NCBI GenBank assembly: GCA_012026655.1
Contig: JAAILG010000662.1
Coordinates: 1 to 64,000 of the forward strand
Direction of reading: 5' to 3'
Origin: Hydrolagus affinis
Lineage: Eukaryota
DNA length: 64,000 bases
The position numbers and the translations under genes were made by a program. The notes under the pieces were generated by a model. It saw nothing but the letters and a program-made list of their open reading frames with translations. It did not search any database and was not told the DNA's origin. Each line of letters begins with the position of its first letter. Positions within the stretch are counted from its first letter, which is position 1. Below, in pieces: positions 11,742 to 23,324 of the stretch.

Positions 11742-11803
11742 TGCGCCTTGGGATGTCCTCCAGATAGGAAAGGCACTATACAAATGTAATTTTGTTGTTG
11801 TTG
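11742..11803 (+). mobile_element. Tail-only L2 insertion
   Basis: GCGCCTTGGGATGTCCTCCAGATAGGAAAGGCACTATACAAATGTAATTT(TGT)n. Confidence 0.75.
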
Positions 11804-11928
11804 ATAAGGAAAAAGGTCTTACATTTATTTTGAGCTGGACCTAAACCCCTCCCCCAAAACTAAACCATTTGAGTAATCTCAGCTGGAGTATCTGGGAAAA
11901 TGTGGTTGATGGATACGAGAAGGAGATG

Positions 11929-12440
11929 TACAACAACAACAAGGTGCTGAACAGTCAGGAGTCGAGACTGACATGGGGGAGGGGGAGAGTGGGGGATGGG
12001 AGGGAGAGAGGTGGAGGGGTGGCAGAAGGCATGATCAAAAAGGAGAGTCTTGAGACCGGATTTGAAGGAGGCAAGGGAGGAAGCAAGGAGAAGGGGCTGT
12101 GGGATGGAGTCCCAGAGTGTGGGGTAGAGAAGCTTAAAGGCCGTCTGTCGATGGTAGGTTGGGATAGACGGGAGATGTGGAGCAGACCAGAGCCCGCTGA
12201 ATGGATCGAGTGCACAGGTTGGTAGGGAGTCAGCAGGTTGGAGAGATAGAAGTGGCAAGGCCATGGATAATCTTGAAAGTGAGGACGAGGATCTTGAATT
12301 CGATCCTCTGGGGGATGGGGAGCCAATGGAGCTAGGCGAGGGTGGGAGTGATGGGGTCGCAGAGCCTAGTGCAGGAGCAGACATAAATAGGTTTGGATGA
12401 TCTGCAGCTTGTGAAGGGAAGAGCTGAAAAGGCCGAAGAG
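11929..12440 (-). mobile_element. L2 3' fragment (ORF2 C-terminus and 3' UTR)
   Basis: Translates to LWDSIPQPLLLASSLASFKSGLKTLLF and to an ITPTL..LHWLP..RI.FKIL-type block. Confidence 0.85.
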
Positions 12441-13235
12441 AGGGAGTTTCTGCAGTTAAGACTTGATGTGATGAATGCATGGATGAGGGATGTATAATGG
12501 CAGCTGCCCATATTTTATTAAAATTAAACCTTGATGGGTTATCCGCTTTCAAATAAAAAAGGCTTAGATGTAGAAGCAATTAAAAGCAATAGGTTTAATG
12601 ATTCAGTAAAAACAAGCTAAGACAATTGTGCTTTGTATTTAAATGGTATAAATCCTGTAAATGGAAGCTGATGATGTATTTCACCAGTAAATTATACATT
12701 AAATTAACACTTTGGAAAATAGTTGGATAAAAGAGGAAAAAGCACAGCACTTGAAGAAGCTTGAAGAAGGGTCTGTCTCACAGTGAAGTGTCACTTCAAG
12801 GTAACCAAATCCAACTGAACTATGAGTCATCTGTGAAAAGCTCTGAAACACTGCATCTCTGAGAGGTACAGTGGGTGCCTGGTTGTATGTTGAAGTAGAC
12901 AACAACAGATACACTACACAGAGAATCTTTTTTGTTTAATGCTGCATTAGAGCTTAGGTGTTGATTCCATGTGAACCAGCAGACTGGAGGTATATGCCAG
13001 GTGTCCATCACTCTCACTTTGGGTTCAGTGCAAGGGAAGTGAAGCTTTTAAACAACACAGAAAGCACATATGCTGAGGTCCACTAATTAATATTTAACAT
13101 GGTTAGTAGTTCCGCCTATGTCAAAATGCTTGAACAATCAATAATATCAATTGTAAATGAATTATCATTCATTATGAATTGTAACGTATTTTTGTTTAAA
13201 AATTGGCTTTACTTTCAAATTGCAGTCCTACATCA

Positions 13236-13672
13236 TTGGGACACTGCTGTGTGCTATTAGCTGCCACGTTTCACCCACAAAATATACAGTCACAGACAAC
13301 ACAGTGTATCCTGTGAATCACTTAGAGATGTCTCGAAAACGTGATCAGGCACTGTATCAAATAAATAATAATATAATAATAATCCTTGCATAGCGCTTTT
13401 CACATCTTCTAGACATCACAAAGCATTTCACAGAATATACTGTTAGTGAATTCACTCTACAACAACAACAAGAAAATTACACTTATATAGCACCTTTCAC
13501 GTCAGAAGGATGTCCCAAGGCACTGGACTCTACATTTGTGGATAAAAGTTGTAACCAATTGCACATAGCAGTGTCCCCCAAGTAGTCATGGATTGAAGTG
13601 ACCAATTTATTAAAAAAAATTCTTGTTGGATTATTTTCATGCCTGTGGAATTAGGAAATTTGCTCATGGAAT
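13236..13672. mobile_element. Tail-to-tail SINE pair with a nested L2 tail insertion (about 13461-13526)
   Basis: A plus-strand SINE 3' half meets a minus-strand SINE at a shared (TAA)n tract. The L2 tail is flanked by ACTCTACA at 13454-13461 and 13527-13534. Confidence 0.75.
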
Positions 13673-13675
13673 TGT

Positions 13676-14006
13676 AATAATAATAAGAAGAATCCTTGCA
13701 TTTGATATAGCGCTTTTCACATCTTATCGACGTCTCAAAGCGCTTCACGGATTATACTGTAAAGTGAATTCACTGTATACTGTATTTGTGGGTGAAACAT
13801 GGCAGCCACTTGTTCACAGCAGTGTCTCACAAACAATCGTGGATTGAAATGACCAAATTTTATTATTGTGTTTTTTTTTGGATGGTTTATTATTAGGTGT
13901 GTGGAGTAAGGAAACGTGCCCACGGTTTTGCCCTGATCTGCCTGGATTCAAACACAGGTCTCACGCTTGTAAGGTGTGTGCTCTAACCACTGAGCTACAG
14001 GAATTC
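13676..14006 (-). mobile_element. Full-length tRNA-derived SINE (short form)
   Basis: The minus strand starts CCTGTAGCTCAGTGGTTAGAGC (box A), has an anticodon-like arm ..CCTTACAAG.. and box B GTTTGAATCC, then a Deu-like 3' part and an L2-like tail. Confidence 0.85.
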
Positions 14007-14974
14007 ACAAATTCAAGATTATTGTTATTATTAATATTATTATTTGGTGGAAAACAAAGTAATGTAACACTCCTTCCCAGAGGAGATTCGATTCTAAATA
14101 GGTTCTCAGTGCCCAGATACATTATTATATTATTGTACTATATTTGGGGATCCTAGAAATGTTGTTATGCTTTGCAGAGTTTACATTAGTCCAGCACAAA
14201 AATTGTATTGAATTCTCACCAATTCCAATGAAACTGAGCCATACTCAATCTTGTCGAATACAATGATGCAAACAAACAATACTACCATCCGCTGCTTCAG
14301 ATAGAATGCAAAGTAGAAGCCATTTTTCTGTATTTTTAAGGTATTCCTATCTTCTATATTTTTTGGACTTGGTGAGTGGATTGACCGATCTTCCCTTCCT
14401 TCTCTTACGACATACTGCTCAGCTGTCGTGGATTGGTCTTGTGGAAGTTTCTAGGATGGAGGTGTCTTTTTCCTTTTGTGTGATCAATGATCTGTTCTGC
14501 TCCTTTATTTTCTATAAGTTTCGGATTCCATCCCTTCCTCTTTCTTTCAATCATGTGCGTCCTCCTGCTTATGGTCCTTAAACACAATTAGCCTTTGCTT
14601 GAAGAGACATCCATTGTTCTCCACGTAGATGATTTATTCATCTGTGAATATATAATTGGAGAAATTATGGATTAATAGTTTTACACAAAAGATCATGTAG
14701 AGGTCCACTTTAAACACTAATGGACAAATATTTTGTATTCAATCATTACAGTATTTATATGTATGGAATAGAAATAGAAGAGGAGAGCGATTATTACAAC
14801 ATTTGCTAAAAAAAAACTTTCAAATATGTTGTTGTCCAAATCAAGTTACCCTGCGTAACATGAGTTTAATATCTGAATGTAACCAATTTGGTACATTTGC
14901 AATTTACATTTGCAATCCCAGGCACCAGAAAATCATTCAATACTTTATAAAGAATGCCCTTCTATCTCTTCATG

Positions 14975-15262
14975 TGCTCAGCGGTTAGAGCCCTTGCCTT
15001 ACAAGCATGAGACCTGCGTTCAATTCCAGGCAGGGTGAAACCTTGGGCAAGTTTCTTTACTCCACACATCTAATAATAATCCCTCCAGAAAAATTGGTCA
15101 TTTTCAATCCACGACTGTTTGTGAAACACTGCTGTACGCAATTGGCTGCCACATTTCACCCACAAAATAGTCATTTCACTTTACAGTATATTCTGTGAAG
15201 CACATTGAGATGTCTAGACGATGTGAAAAGCACTATATCAAATGCAAAGATTATTATTATTA
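14975..15262 (+). mobile_element. Full-length tRNA-derived SINE (short form)
   Basis: GCTCAGCGGTTAGAGCCCTTGCCTTACAAGC..GTTCAATTCC..ACCTTGGGCAAGTTTC..GTGAAAAGCACTATATCAAATGCAAAG(ATT)n. Confidence 0.85.
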
Positions 15263-15769
15263 CAGTATAATAAAACATTTCACTCAATTGCTTCAGAATG
15301 GTTGGAGTTTGCTTGCCATGTTTGGAGGATATTTCAACAGTTAGAAGCAACGAGTACAAAACTTGTTAGAAAAGGTCAAGTGGCTAATTCTGAATTGTTA
15401 ATATATTAGTCTGCTTTCATTGTATAGTATTTAGGAATTTAATGGATTTAAAATACTACTGGGAGTAAACTAGAGTGGCTTATGAGCACATCAGAGATTC
15501 AGGAAGAAGCTGAGGTGTGAAGGGATTTGAACATGATGATAAGGATCATGAAGTCAACCCATTTGGTGACAGGATGTTAGTGGAGCCTGGTGAGGATTAA
15601 CGTGGATGAGTGTTGAGTTAGTTGTGTGTGATGATGCAAAAGGTGGAGTTTTGTATTAGCTGGAGTTTATGGATGGTAAGATTAGGGAGATCTGTGAAGA
15701 GTGCATTTGCAAAGTCAAGGCAGGAGGTGACTAAAGGGGTGAAGAATATAAAACCAAACATTAATGTTT

Positions 15770-16286
15770 ATAATAATAATCCTTGTATTTAACATAAAGC
15801 TTATGTTTTCTAGATGTCTAAAAATGCTTTGCAGAATGTAAAGTGAATTGACTGTATATTTGTGGATGAAATGTGGTCAGTTGCACACACCACCACCACC
15901 AACAACAACAATTTAAACTTATAAAGCGCCTTTCACGTCGGGAGGACGTCCTAAGGCACTGCACAGGAGGCATGTGACCCGAGCTGGGAGGGGAGTGTTC
16001 GGGAAGGGGTGAAACACGTAGGGGAGGTCAAAAAATTCGGGGGGGAACAAAAGGCACGGTCGAAGAGGAAAGTCTTCAAACCGGCCTTGAAGGAGAAAAG
16101 GGAGGAAACAAGGCGGAGGGATTGGGGGATGGAATTCCACAGTGTGGGAGCGGAGAAACTGAAGGCCCGGCCTCCAATGGTGGGGCGGTTCGGGCGGAGG
16201 GCTTAGAGCAGGCCAAGTCCTAATAGTGTTCCACAAACAGTCGTGGATTGAAGTGACCAATTTATTATTTTTTTTTCATGAGGGAT
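15770..16286 (-). mobile_element. SINE interrupted by a young 5'-truncated L2 (about 15891-16220)
   Basis: The SINE runs to GTTGCACAC at about 15888 and resumes with AGTGTTCCACAAACAGTCGTGGATTGAAG at about 16224. The insert encodes SFKAGLKTFLF and keeps its CpGs. Confidence 0.8.
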
Positions 16287-18671
16287 TAGCCTGTACAATC
16301 ATTAGTGAATTGTGTCCAATTATGGTCACCCATCTTCTGAAGGAAGTCAGAGTTATAGAGAGGGTGTAGAAAATTACACCAAGATAGTGAATTGACTGTA
16401 TGTTTTGTGGGTGAAATGCGACAATCAAGATTATCTGCGCAAGAACTTTTATTATTCATCAGTTTATAAGAATTAAACACGTGCAAAAAAAACTTTCCAC
16501 ACAGACATTCCAGATGGTTGTTTTAATGTAAAATAGTATTCGCACATTCTTAAGCTCTTGGCAATAGAAATTATGAATTTTTTTACACATTGCTGGAGAC
16601 ATTTCCTTCATATAATGTGATCACTGTGGTGGAACTCAAATAAAAATCATACAGAAGCTGGGGATGCTTTGCGTGATGGTTTACTGTTTGGATGATCGCT
16701 CATAGGTCAGGCGAAGGGATATTGTCTCTTTCAAATAGAATGCATCTGATATGCGGATGGCAATTTGAAGTGCATCGCATTGTGTGAGAAAGACATTGAG
16801 GAATGTCTTTTTTATTTTATTTTCCGTCCCTTCTTCATCCCGTTAGACATTCCGGGTCAGTAAGCTTGGCAATAGTTGAAGTTCATTTGGAAGTGAGGAT
16901 GTGAGATGAACATTCTCCTTAATGATGGCTCTGGGGTCAAGGGTTCGAGACTGTCCTGGATCCCAGCCAAGGATAGAAGAAAAGAGGCTTTGTATATGAA
17001 CGGCTGATAGTCAAGTACAAACATGTTGGGTGGCTCTTAACACCCAAAGCAATGCCAGGACCGTTAAACACACTGAATAACCCTGCAGCCCAGATAGAGC
17101 TCCTTGCTTTCAGCCTCGCTTCCAAAACAGGAGTGCAGTACAAAATATATTTCTCTCTCTGTAGTGGAGGAGCGGAAAGTGCTTTATCTCTTTTAAATAA
17201 ACATTTTACCCTTTTTTTTACATGCACACAAGTAGCTCTTTCGTTGTATAAGAAGAACTTTTTGCAGAGACATTCTTGTTGGGTCCCCCACCCCCCTAAA
17301 TAGTTTCTAATGTGCCTTGTGCTACTGTTGTGTCTTGTCTGGCTCCAGTCTGGACTGGGCGCAGTGCAGTGTGACATTCAATCACTGCACTCTCATCTCA
17401 TTTACTTACATTTTTCATCATTTGTTTTCTTTGTCCCCCCACCCCCCCACCACCACCACCACACACACACTTTGGCAAATACCATATGCAGATTACTTTT
17501 TAAGGCAGAAATCATTTCAAATCTTGAAGGTGACAATAAAACCATCCTCCTCCCAGATCCTCACAGCATTTTAAAGAAAATAGCTTGTTTCTTTTTCTTC
17601 CTCTCCATCAGAAAAAAATCCCTGACAAGAGTTTGGAGGGGTTGCTGTTTCCCTGACCTTTCCCCACTAGTAACAAATATGCAGCATTCCCTGTGCCGAG
17701 AGAATGAAGACATTTGTATTGGACTATTTTATTTTAGCTCATCTTTCTTTACCAAGCTTACAGGATCAGTGCCTGTAACCTGCCAATATTCACTAAACCA
17801 GGGGTGCAGGTTGGTGATAACCCGTTCAATGTCCACAAACATTGTTAACTAGCAAAATGTCATCCCGGATCTGCACAGATTTTATTGCTTTAACCATTTG
17901 CAAACCAATTTATAAAACATGCCAACATAATCCGAATGTAAATGGAGAAAATGCAATCTCTGATTAAGACCACCACTGACATTGCGGAGAACACTCTCAA
18001 ATCAAAAGGACAAGGTTAACTCAACAAGCTTTTTTATGCAGGCTAATTGAATTATAATATCTCAATGAATGTCTCCACTCTGGGTTTCATGTTTCTCTCT
18101 AAAGGTCGTTAGATTCCTGTTTGAATGGGTTGGGAGGCAATCTTGGCAGAGTTTCCGGCCCCTGCTTTGACTTTGAGTGACGGCAGGATCCGTGCGATCC
18201 CGGGGATGTGAATTATCTGATTGTAACTGTAGCCCCAACCCTAGCCGGATACTCTCTCCACAGATAACACAGGCACCGTGTATTGAGCATGGGCCCCTGC
18301 CATCCAGGTTGGGAAAGAAAGAGATGGGAGCAAGCACACAGAGGCAAGGATCCCCAGCCACTAAAAGCTTTGCAACAAAACCTTGGCTTTCTCAATTAAT
18401 ACAGCTACACTAAAAGGTACAAATGGTTAAATAATGAAAAGAAAGGTGAACCTGAACATTGACAATAGTTGTGCACAGTAGGTTTATATGAGACTTAACC
18501 AAATAATAATCCTACAATCCTTGCATTTGATATAGTGCTTTATAGTGCCTCGGTGATATCTCAAAGTGGTTCACAGAATATACTGTAAAGTGAATTGACT
18601 CTATATATTTTGGGGTGAAAGTACTGTATTTACATTAATCTTTAATTTATTTTCACCTCTAACTTATATTA

Positions 18672-19043
18672 TAACAATAATAATGATCCTTGCATTTAAT
18701 GTAACACCTTATCATGTCTGTGAGACATCTCAAAGCGTTTCACAGAATATACTGCAAAGTGAATTGACTATATATATGGTGAGCAAAATGCAGCAGCCAA
18801 TTGTGCACAACCGTGTCCCACAAAATAGTCGTGGATTGAAGTGACCAAATCATTACTTATTTTTAGGAATTATTACCCCCGGAAAAGTGATCCGCCAATC
18901 AAATAACAACCGGTTTCCTACTTACTGCTAGGTAAACAGAGGTAGGTGGAGTAAGGAAACATTCAAAATTTCACCTTGCCAGGACTTGAACTAAGGTCTC
19001 TCACTTGCAAGGCGAGTGATCTAACTATTGAGACACAGGACTC
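18672..19043 (-). mobile_element. Full-length SINE, long form with CORE-like internal segment
   Basis: Same head and tail as the short form, plus about 75 bp (18876-18950) reading CTACCTCTGTTTACCTAGCAGTAAGTAGGAAACCGG on the minus strand. Confidence 0.8.
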
Positions 19044-19291
19044 TGATTATACTGTACAATTCAAACTTGTTATTTAACTGACAAGTTTAATTTAAAAATT
19101 AAAAATAAGTAGATATATAATTATAATTTCCTTCCATCCATTCTAGTTTAATTATCATATTAATTATAAACCAATACTTTACAGCACAGAAACAGGTCAT
19201 TCAACCCAGCAAGTCTGTGTTGATGTATTTCTCCACATGAGTCTTGAAATCTGTTCCCACTCTCCTGCTAACTCCATTGCCCTCAATATCT

Positions 19292-19731
19292 AATAATTAT
19301 CCTTGTTTTGATATAGCACATTGTCAAATAGTTGAGATATCTCAAAATGCGTCACAGGATATAGTGTTAAATAAATAAAGTGACTGTATATTTGTAGGTA
19401 CACATGGCAGCTAATTTGCATATAGCAGTGATCCACAAAAGCCATGAAGTCAATGATCAATATTATCTGGGGATTGTTGAGCTGTATACTGGGAGAAAAA
19501 CCTTCTCGTTACAAATCAAGCCGTAGAGTCGTTAACATCCTTTTGATCAGGCAGACTGGATCTCAATTTAACGTCTCATCTGAAGAATAGCATATCCAAC
19601 AATGCAACACATCCCCAGCAATCACTGTGGAGTGTCAATCTGGATTGCGAGTTCAAAGTCCTGATTTGGAACTTGAATCCACAACCCACTGCCTCAAAGG
19701 TGAGATTGCTACCAAATGAGCCAAGCTAATA
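19292..19731 (-). mobile_element. Older full-length DeuSINE (SacSINE1/AmnSINE1-like)
   Basis: Minus strand: GGCTCATTTGGTAGCAATCTCACCTTTGAGG..GGATTCAAGTTCC (tRNA head), then TTCAGATGAGACGTTAAATTGAGATCCAGTCTG (Deu hallmark) and GCTATATGCAAATTAGCTGCC, then the tail. Confidence 0.75.
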
Positions 19732-20159
19732 CCAATTCCCACTTTTTTTCAAATATTTATCTAATTTCCTGTTAAAATAATCCATAGACTCTGCTTAAGC
19801 AAAGAGTTGGCAGAGAATTCCACGGTGAAAGCAACCTCTGTGAAAAGCAGGGTTTTCTAGATTCCCCTCTTTGTGATTATCAACACTGGCTCACCACACA
19901 ATGGGAATAATTGATTATTATTTGTTTTGCAATGTAGAAACTTTGATTAGGTTAACATGAAAAACCTTCTCAAGCAAAATAATGTCCTATGTATTGTGTT
20001 CAGTTTTGTTCATTCAATCTTCGAAGAGATATACTTCTCATAGTGTTTTTTTACAGCACAGAAGAAGGCCATTTAGCCCATCATGTCTTGGAGGCTGTCC
20101 AGAGACAATTCAATTGATCAGATAAACAGTGTTTGGTACAGTCAGAGCCTGAGTAGACT

Positions 20160-20480
20160 TGGGTTACAGTACATTCCTTAGAACTGATAGGTGTAAGGGG
20201 TGGTCTGATTAAGGTATTTTATTTAATGAAGGGAATTGACAAGTTAAACTGAATGACTCTTCCCTCTGGTATAGGACTCCAGAACAAGGAGGCATACGGT
20301 TACCATTAAAGCTAAACCCATGAGAGGACTCTAGAACAAGGAGGCATACTCTTACCATTAAAGCTAAACCCATTAGAGATGAGATCACAAAATATTCCTT
20401 CAAACAAAAGATTGTGAAATGGTAAATGCACTATCCCAGAAGGCCATAGAAATAAAATCAAATGAATATTTGAAAGGGAT
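20160..20480 (+). mobile_element. CR1 ORF2 C-terminal fragment with a 52-bp internal tandem duplication
   Basis: RG.LI.VF..MKGIDK and SRTR-type motifs. The unit AGGACTC(C/T)AGAACAAGGAGGCATAC..TTACCATTAAAGCTAAACCCAT occurs at 20273 and 20325. Confidence 0.7.
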
Positions 20481-20865
20481 ATAGATATATACATGCATGG
20501 ACATGCATGCAAGTGCTCTGAGACACCATCCGGCGTGGATAAATCAAAGTTGTTGTTGTTGAAAATGTTGCATACACCAATTTACCACAAACAGCCGTAA
20601 GGTGAATGGACATTTTTATCTGTAGAATTGTTGGCTACAATACTGAGAGAAACTCCTTCATTTTTTTCAAATATTGCTGTGGAATTTTCCAATGCTGTTA
20701 TATCCTTTGTGTAGTCAGATGCCCAAAGATTCCAATTGTGACCCAAAAAAGTTTTTGGCAAATTCGACATTATCTGTTTGATTTTATGTTCTGGATCGAG
20801 CTACCAGTATAACAAAATATGCCATCTGTCCTTTATTTTAATCCAACCTGCCCTTCCTTTCCAAT

Positions 20866-21745
20866 AACAACAAAAACAAGAAAATTACATTTGTAGAGCA
20901 TCTTTCACAATGGGACGACCCAAGGTGCTGAACAGTCAGGGGTCAGGCCCTGAGCATGGGGGTGGCAGGGTTGAGATGAGGGAGGGCAGAGAGGTAGGAC
21001 AATGAATGAAGGCACTGTCAAAGAGGAAGATCTTCAGACCAGTCTTGAAGGAGGCAACAGAGGGAGCAAAGCGAAGAGACTTGGGGCAGACAGGCTGGAA
21101 AGCCCGGCAGCTGATGGTAGGGCAGGTCAGGCAGGAGATATGGAGCAGGCTGGAACCTGCTAAACAGAGGGAGCAGGCAGGTTGATAAAGGTCAGCAAGT
21201 CAGAGGGGTAGGAGGGGGAAAGGCTGTGGAAGGCCTTGAAAGTGAGGACAAGGATCTTGAATTCGATCCTCTGAGGAATGGGGAGCCAGTGGAGCCAGGC
21301 GAGGGTTGGAGTGATGGGGTCGCAGAGCCTAGTGTGGGAGAGGACATGAGTGGCAGAGATTTGGATGATCTGCAGCTCATGGAGGGAAGAGTTAGAAGAC
21401 CGACAAGGATGTAGTGGCCGTAGCCGAGCCTTGAGGTGACACATGCCTAAGTGTGGCCTGAGGAGTGAGGCAGTGTCGGAGATGGCCAATGTTGCAGAGG
21501 TTGTGGAAGGCATGGAAATGGGGAAGAAAGAACAGTTCAGGGTCAAATAAGACAGCAAGCGTTCCTGACTGGCTTGATTCGGTAGAGTGCGCATCTGTGG
21601 ATGCTGATGCTGCCAATGCCTGAGGTGCAGAGGTGCTGGCATGAGCCAATCAGGAAGACCTCGGTTTTGCTGCCGTTCAGTTGTAGAAAGCTGTCTCTCA
21701 TTCGGGACCTGATGTCTGACAGACAGTCAGACATCAAGGTGCTGG
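20866..21745 (-). mobile_element. L2 3' ~0.9 kb fragment with tail
   Basis: CLSDIRSRMRDSFLQLNGSKTE; ITPTLAWLHWLPIPQRIEFKILVLTFKAFHSLSPSY; terminal stem-loop and (CAA)n. Confidence 0.9.
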
Positions 21746-22244
21746 AATAATTTATCTTTATCTGCTGTTTTCCTTCCACACACACACAACCCCTCAATCC
21801 TCCTGCTCTCTGCTGTCATTAATACTGTACTGTTGAATAATCCATCCTACTCCACCATCTCGCTCCTCCCTGCTCTGCCTTCATAGCTCCATACAGGAAA
21901 GTATAGAGCTGTAGCACAGCTACATACAATTTGAGCTGTCTGAGTGGGCGTCACCAAGCTATATAGCCAAGCTCACACTATGCTCAGTTAAGAGAAAGCA
22001 AAGTTCAGTTCATGCAGACAAAATACACAATAGCGCCCTGCTTACTGGAGGCTGTCAAACTGTAACATTCACAATACAGTATTAGAAAAGGGCTAATGTG
22101 ACCACAGATGCTTTTCTGATATTAGCATTTTAGTTTGACTCATCTAGCTCCAATGGAATGCAGAACCCAATTTACAGCAACCCCAAAAGACAATTGCACT
22201 GGCAGACAGCAGGGTTCAGGTTTCCTGGAAATATTTCCAGCAGT

Positions 22245-22546
22245 AATAAAAAATCCTTGCATTTGATAGAGCACTTTTCCTATCTTCTAGACGTCTCAAG
22301 CTTCACGGACTATACTGTAATGTGAATTGACTACATTTGTGAGTGAATCGCATCAGCCAATTGCACACAGCAGTGTCCCACAAACAGTCATGGATTGAAA
22401 TGACCAATTTTTTAAAAATATTTTAGTGATGATTATTATTATGTGTGTGGAGTAAAGAAACACACCCATGGTTTTGCTCTGCCTGGAATTGAACACAGGT
22501 CGCTCGCTTGTAAGGCGAGTGCTCTAACCACTGAGCTACAGACTCC
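22245..22546 (-). mobile_element. Full-length tRNA-derived SINE (short form)
   Basis: The minus strand begins GGAGTCTGTAGCTCAGTGGTTAGAGCACTCGCCTTACAAGCGAG. Confidence 0.9.
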
Positions 22547-22971
22547 ACAAGCAGTAATTTTACTAATCGTCTTACTTTTAGAAATGATACATTAAGATAC
22601 CATAAAATAGAGCTATTAATAGAAGGTCCCAGTTTCTGACTTAAATTTTAAATGTCAGCAAAAAGTTTCCTGAGAGTGCAATAAAGCAATTAAGACCAAT
22701 AATTGGTAGATGAAACCTATCAAACACAGCGATATTACAGCCTCTGGATACCTAAGTGACCTAGGTTTGCTCACCAACTAAGTGACAAACTCAGACCTGC
22801 TTTCAATGGTATGAGTATACCCAGGCAAATTTTAGAGGATTATCTTGTCCTTTTTTAACCTGACACCATCCTTTCCAAGTAGATATGAATAAGAATCATA
22901 TTGCAGTCAGAGGATTCACAGAATTAAAATCCAGATGAAGAAGAAGGTTCCTTCAAACTATACCCCGGGTC

Positions 22972-23320
22972 AACACCAATCCTTGACACACTCTACTGGC
23001 TCCCAATCACCAAAGGGATTGATTTCATGATCATCTCACTCATTTTCAAATCCCTTCATGCATTTGTACCTCCCTACGTATCCGACCTGCTTACCTCCCA
23101 TTCCGCCACCCATATCATTCAGCAAGCTCCAGCCTCCTGTTTATCTATCATGGCCTCTGTTCCACCATCAGTAGCCATGCACCAAAACTCTGGAACTCTC
23201 TCCCTCAATCTCTCCGCTATGCCCCCTTCAAATCCCGCCTTTTTGATCATGCTTGCGGTCACTTCCAACCTCCCTCTCCCCCTGGCTCATTGTCAGACTC
23301 CACCATTGTGAAGCACTCTG
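22972..23320 (+). mobile_element. Degenerate L2 3' fragment, tail-to-tail with the next L2
   Basis: TP.L..LYWLPITKGIDF.II.LIFKSLHAFVPPYVSDLL. Confidence 0.75.
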
Positions 23321-23324
23321 GAAG

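Noticed and set aside
11860-12579. 239-aa ORF
   Set aside because: Frameshifted read-through of a decayed L2 fragment.
12750-12800. TTGAAGAAGGGTCT resembling a Penelope-type hammerhead core
   Set aside because: The required CTGANGA and GAAA boxes are not intact.
14306-14645. Pyrimidine-rich segment that looked like a processed coding fragment
   Set aside because: No minus-strand frame gave a recognisable protein.
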